DNA from: Craspedostauros australis
Lineage: Eukaryota
Length of the DNA stretch: 26,060 nucleotides
Assembly (NCBI GenBank): GCA_030167865.1
Contig: JALAGF010000577.1
Location: forward strand, 62,001-88,060
Reading direction: 5' to 3'
The translations under genes and the position numbers were made by a program. Below, piece by piece: positions 21,701 to 26,060 of the stretch (position 1 is its first letter; the number at the start of each line of letters is the position of its first letter). The notes below the pieces were generated by a model, which ran no database searches, was not told where the DNA came from, and was given only the letters and a program-made list of their open reading frames with translations.

Positions 21701-22533
21701 CCAGCCGGCACGAGATCGAGCCCATGGATGTGCCACGGTACTTCCATTCCAGCGCCTCAATCGTGTCGCTCGCCTTGCACACCTTGAACGATGCCCAGCT
21801 TGTGCAACGACTCATGTTCAAGCTGCAGATACTGCCCCTCACAAAGCAGCTCACGAACATCGCAGGCAACGCTTGGTCCAGCACGCTCAAGAGCAACCGC
21901 GCGCAACGCACGGAGTACCTGCTCCTCCACGAATTTCACCGTCTCAAGTACCTCGCACCCGAAAAGATCAAGGAGAAGAAGGAGGAATCGGGCAAGGCCA
22001 AGTACCTGGGAGGTCTGGTTCTCGATCCCAAGAGAGGCTTCTATGACTCCTTCATCCTCCTTCTCGATTTCAACAGTCTCTACCCGTCCATCATCCAGGA
22101 GTACAACCTGTGCTTCACGACCGTCGATTGGTCAGAGTATCAATCGTCCAACCTTAGCAGCAGCCGTAGCAGGGGTGATGGTGATGGTTCGAACGAAGTT
22201 GACCCATCCACCGCCGTCACTGCCGTCGGCAAACAAGATTCCGAAAATCTGCCTCCCATTCCAGACTCATCATTGAACCGTGGAGTGCTGCCAGCCGTCA
22301 TTAAGACGTTGGTCGACCGCAGACGCAACGTCAAGAAGATCATGAAGACGGAGTCCAACCAGGATCGCAAGGCCGAGGTACGTATCGCATCAAGACAATT
22401 ATGTGTTTGAGATGCACGTGCGTTGTGCGTGTGCACGTTTTTTGCTTGCGTTGATGCAAATCAGACACTTCGATGTTCTGATGGGTGCTGTCTGTCACTG
22501 TCACTCACACATTTATCACCACCACAACCAATC

Positions 22534-22566
<33 letters not shown>

Positions 22567-24226
22567 GTTTGACATCCGGCAGAAAGCGCTGAAGCTGACA
22601 GCCAACTCCATGTACGGTTGTCTCGGATTTTCAAACTCTCGCTTCTTCGCGAAGCCCATCGCCGCGATGGTCACTTCGATGGGACGCAAGACGCTGCAAC
22701 GAACCGTCGACATCGCCCAATCGAATCTTGGCATGGATGTCATCTACGGTGATACGGACAGTATCATGATCAACACCAGGATCACCGACAAGGCATCCTT
22801 CGCCAAGGTGCGCGAGCTTGGTGAACAAGTGAAACGCGAAGTCAACAAGCTGTACAAGACGCTGGAGCTAGAGATCGATGGGATCTTCGGAAAGATGCTG
22901 CTGCTCAAGAAGAAGAAGTACGCCGCGACGGTGATCGATATTGATCGTAGCGGCAACATGACGCAGAGCAGGGAGGAGAAGGGACTGGATCTGGTCCGCC
23001 GTGATTGGTGCATCCAGTCCAAGGACAGCGGTCGATACGTGCTGGATCAGATCTTCTCCGACGACGAGCACGAAACGAAGCTCGCCAACATCTTCGTCCA
23101 CCTGGAAGAGCTCGCCGAAAAGATGAGAGCGGAAAAGCTGCAGCTCGGCAAGTACATCATCACCAGAGGCCTGAGCAAGCACCCCAACGACTACCCGGAT
23201 GCCAAGTCGCAACCGCACGTCAGCGTCGCGAAGATGATGATCAAGAACAACCTGAGGCTGACGGTGGGCGATCACATCCCGTACGTCATCACGAGCCAAC
23301 TGCCCGGCGACGACGAATCTCAGAAGGGAAAATCGAAATCGTCAGCGGAACGTGCCCGTCACCCGGAGGAGGTCGCACGAAGCGCAGGCGTCCTCAAGCC
23401 GGATGTGGAATGGTACCTGTCCCAGCAGATTCTCCCACCGGTGTTCCGTCTCTGCGAGGTCATCGACGGCATCTCCCAGGGTCTTCTGGCTGAGAAGCTG
23501 GGCCTTGACGCCAAGCGCTTCGCATCGATCAGCGGATCCTCGGGAGGTATGGAGCTTGACGACAACGAGCTGGTCAACTACAAGCCGGAATCCCAAATGA
23601 AGGACGAAGAGAGGTTCAAGGACGTCGAGAAGGTTTCCCTTTGCTGCGCCTCCTGTGGCGAGGAGAATGTCTTCCCTGGCATCCTGTACTCCAAGAAATC
23701 CGACGCGGGCACGTACCATCTGCACTCCGGTCTGCAGTGCGTGAATCCGGATTGCGAGAAGCCAGCCAACTGGGGTCTCGGCACCCCGTACGACTGCATG
23801 TCCCTCATCGCGAACTCCATGTCGCGGCTTGTCTCCAAGCGTGTTGGGGACTACTACAAGGGAGAGATCAAGTGCGACGATCCCCTGTGCGGGTTGGTGA
23901 CGCGTCAGCTCTCCGTCGCCGGGGGAGTTTGTCTGCGTCGCGGTTGCACGGGGCAGATGAAGCCCGTGTTCACGGAGAAGGCCATGCACACGCAGCTCAA
24001 GTACCTCGACTGTCTGTGCGATCTCAACCACATCGCATCGCAGCTGGAGTCGAAGGGATTGCACGGGACGCAGAAGGAGATTCTGAGCACTTCGGTTTCA
24101 CGTTCCGACAAGGCCGTTTGCGCAGAGCTCCACGAATTCGCACGGCAGCATCTCGAGCGGTCGGCATTCAACTGGATCACGCCATCGTTCTGGACATCCT
24201 TGTTTGGGACGCAAGCGAAGCAGTAG
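18779..24226 (+). CDS. POLA1: DNA polymerase alpha catalytic subunit, 3 exons (18779-19001, 19229-22377, 22568-24226), 1676 aa
   Basis: Splicing restores the Pol alpha N-terminal motif [17 protein letters not shown]. Family B motifs [19 protein letters not shown] and YGDTDS; two C-terminal Cys4 clusters (CASC...CVNPDC; CDDPLC...CLRRGC). Both introns are GTACGT...CAG with matching phases (1 and 0). Confidence 0.96.
22535..22567 (+). repeat. (CAA)10 microsatellite running directly into the CAG acceptor of POLA1 intron 2
   Basis: Directly visible in the sequence; gives the spurious poly-Q in ORF 22403..24226. Confidence 0.9.
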
Positions 24227-24724
24227 GTAGATGCAGATGGAAGGAAGACTGGGGATGTGATGTGATGCGTTGTGATGGGATGAGATGGACTGCATGGTAC
24301 TCTCACTCGTGCATCTGCGATCGAAGCAAGTCCTCTGAGCACAAACAAACAATGAAATGAGATGGGGGAATTGCGAGATGAAGAGTGTGATGAAAACCTC
24401 GTAACGACAATAGCATAGTAGCACCAAATACCACACAAATGCACTCCTCCTCGTCAGCATTGTTTGTATACAATGGGTTCGGACCAATCAGCATCCCCAG
24501 CTCTCTCTCTTCACTGATGAAGCTCTTTTTTTAATGAAACACGCAAGTTTGTTGCAGTTCTTGATTATTGTTGTTTGGTCGGTACTGTAGGCGAACAGAA
24601 TAATGGAATAGAGAAAAGTGTTCTGCGCCTATTTGTTTTCCCTGTCTCTTTCGCTACTGGTACTACTACTAGAGGACTCTTGGTTACGTCTGCGGGTGCA
24701 GCGACCACCACGGTCCGTGGCGGC

Positions 24725-25795
24725 CTAGTTGCGCTTCAAGCTTGGAATGATCTGGACGCAGTTCTCCGACAAGTCTCCATCCATCGTCCATGCGAGTTCG
24801 GTTCCTGCGAAGCCGAACAACACCTTCAGCTCATACTTTTCCATCGGTTTCAACTCTTCCTCATCATCGCAGTAGCGACGAAGGAAGTCAGCCATCTCCT
24901 TTCCGAGAGCCGAGTTGTTGTGGATGATCGTCTTGATGAAGTTCGGGAGGTCGTTTGCGTCGTCGACCGCCAGGATGATCTTGATGGGCTCCTTCTTGGA
25001 TGGATTCGCTTTCATTGACTTCGACCAAGCCACCGGACTGATATCCATGGAGTGGATGAAGTCGATGGTTCCTTCCAGGACAGAAGCGTGCTCGACTGCC
25101 AATGCAACAATCTGACTCTTGAGAGCGGCCCGGGCCTCTTCCATGCACTTGTCCATGTTGCTTTCATCGAAAGCGCAAATGTCATCCTTGATGTCCAACA
25201 GCAAGGTCAATGCGCCTTTCCTGGTGTACGCACTCGAGACCAAGTCGGTTGTTTTGCCAGATCCCTCTTCCGTGCAGTGGACGAAGACTTTGTCCGCATC
25301 GGATGGATCATGGGATGGTGAAAGATGGACTTTGACCATGTTCGTTGGATCGTTCGCAATTGGACGGAAATCCTTGCCGGCGAGGAAGTAGCCAGGCATG
25401 CCCTGTCGGTCGCATAGGAAGGTCGATACTCGTGCGCTCTTATTGCGGTATGCGAGGTCTGACAACACCTGATAGAATATCTCAATGGTGTCGCCCAGAA
25501 AGTGGTAGCAACCCTTTTCAAGTACACGGATGTTCTTGTCATGCTTCGGTTTGGACTTTGGCTTTGGCTCGCCTTCGTCTGGGCTGCTGGTGCTATCCGT
25601 GCTCATGTTGAGGGTGCGGAATGCCGGTGGGGATGAATGCACGCTGAGGCACGAGTGTGCCGATGGTGACGGTGTTGTGAATGCTGCCACCTGGGTCGAT
25701 GCTGAGGCAAGGAGGAGGAGAGCTACGAACTTCACTGGTCTTCTACCGACTGATGGTGAACGCATCATCTTGGTTGGGAGAAGACGGATCATCAT
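24725..25795 (-). CDS. Hypothetical protein with a putative bipartite plastid-targeting presequence and degenerate P-loop NTPase motifs
   Basis: 356-aa ORF. Hydrophobic FVALLLLASASTQVAA followed by FTTPSP (ASAFAP-like, Phe at +1) and an S/T/P-rich transit-like segment. Walker A-like TEEGSGKTT and Walker B-like IILAVDDA. Start could be a later ATG. Confidence 0.6.
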   Translation of the reverse strand: MMIRLLPTKMMRSPSVGRRPVKFVALLLLASASTQVAAFTTPSPSAHSCLSVHSSPPAFRTLNMSTDSTSSPDEGEPKPKSKPKHDKNIRVLEKGCYHFLGDTIEIFYQVLSDLAYRNKSARVSTFLCDRQGMPGYFLAGKDFRPIANDPTNMVKVHLSPSHDPSDADKVFVHCTEEGSGKTTDLVSSAYTRKGALTLLLDIKDDICAFDESNMDKCMEEARAALKSQIVALAVEHASVLEGTIDFIHSMDISPVAWSKSMKANPSKKEPIKIILAVDDANDLPNFIKTIIHNNSALGKEMADFLRRYCDDEEELKPMEKYELKVLFGFAGTELAWTMDGDLSENCVQIIPSLKRN

Positions 25796-26060
25796 GCTTT
25801 CCGTTGGATGGTGGGTCGGGTCCTCCTTCTATCTTGGTCGGGATATGGCCGTGTTGATCCTTCTTGATAGAGTACTTGCACTCACCAAGCTTGCTGAATG
25901 GGTCGATCACTCGGTGTGCAAGGTTGCGATTAATCTCTTTTTTATGAGGAACCAACTTCTCTCCTCCACATGATGGTGCTTTGTCCACGTTCATTCCAGC
26001 TTCCAGTGTGACACCAGACGAGATTGGTGCTCTTGATTGACGTCCCAACAAAACCCCAAA

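Noticed and set aside
22403-22567. Poly-Q N-terminus and a separate second polymerase gene
   Set aside because: This is intron 2 of POLA1; splicing joins RKAE to [17 protein letters not shown] in frame.
13150-24450. Many 100-300 aa antisense or alternate-frame ORFs over PRP16, lipocalin and POLA1
   Set aside because: Shadow ORFs expected from GC3-rich codon usage in genuine genes.
25743-26060. 102-aa minus-strand ORF at the right edge with a possible GTGAGT donor near 25885
   Set aside because: No recognisable homology, overlaps the next start and is cut by the window edge; cannot be supported.

Overview
Eukaryotic gene-dense DNA, most likely from a diatom (GT-AG introns, frustulin repeats, an StLDP-type proline motif, an ASAFAP-like plastid presequence); species not determinable. 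From left to right: the last 22 codons of an FAD-linked oxidase/D-lactate dehydrogenase-like gene; a stramenopile lipid-droplet protein (StLDP)-like gene; a 5-exon minus-strand secreted M11 (gametolysin)-type metallopeptidase homologue; a divergently transcribed secreted GH19 chitinase fused to three frustulin ACR domains; PRP16/DHX38; a lipocalin; the 3-exon DNA polymerase alpha catalytic subunit, preceded by E2F-like sites; and a putative plastid-targeted degenerate P-loop protein. The M11 homologue has lost its whole zinc-binding motif, ends in a silaffin-like KxxK tail, and is frameshifted at a fold-back inverted duplication. The most interesting element is the head-to-head pair of cell-wall-type chimeric genes at 3.2-12.7 kb. 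All family calls come from motif recognition by eye; no searches were run.
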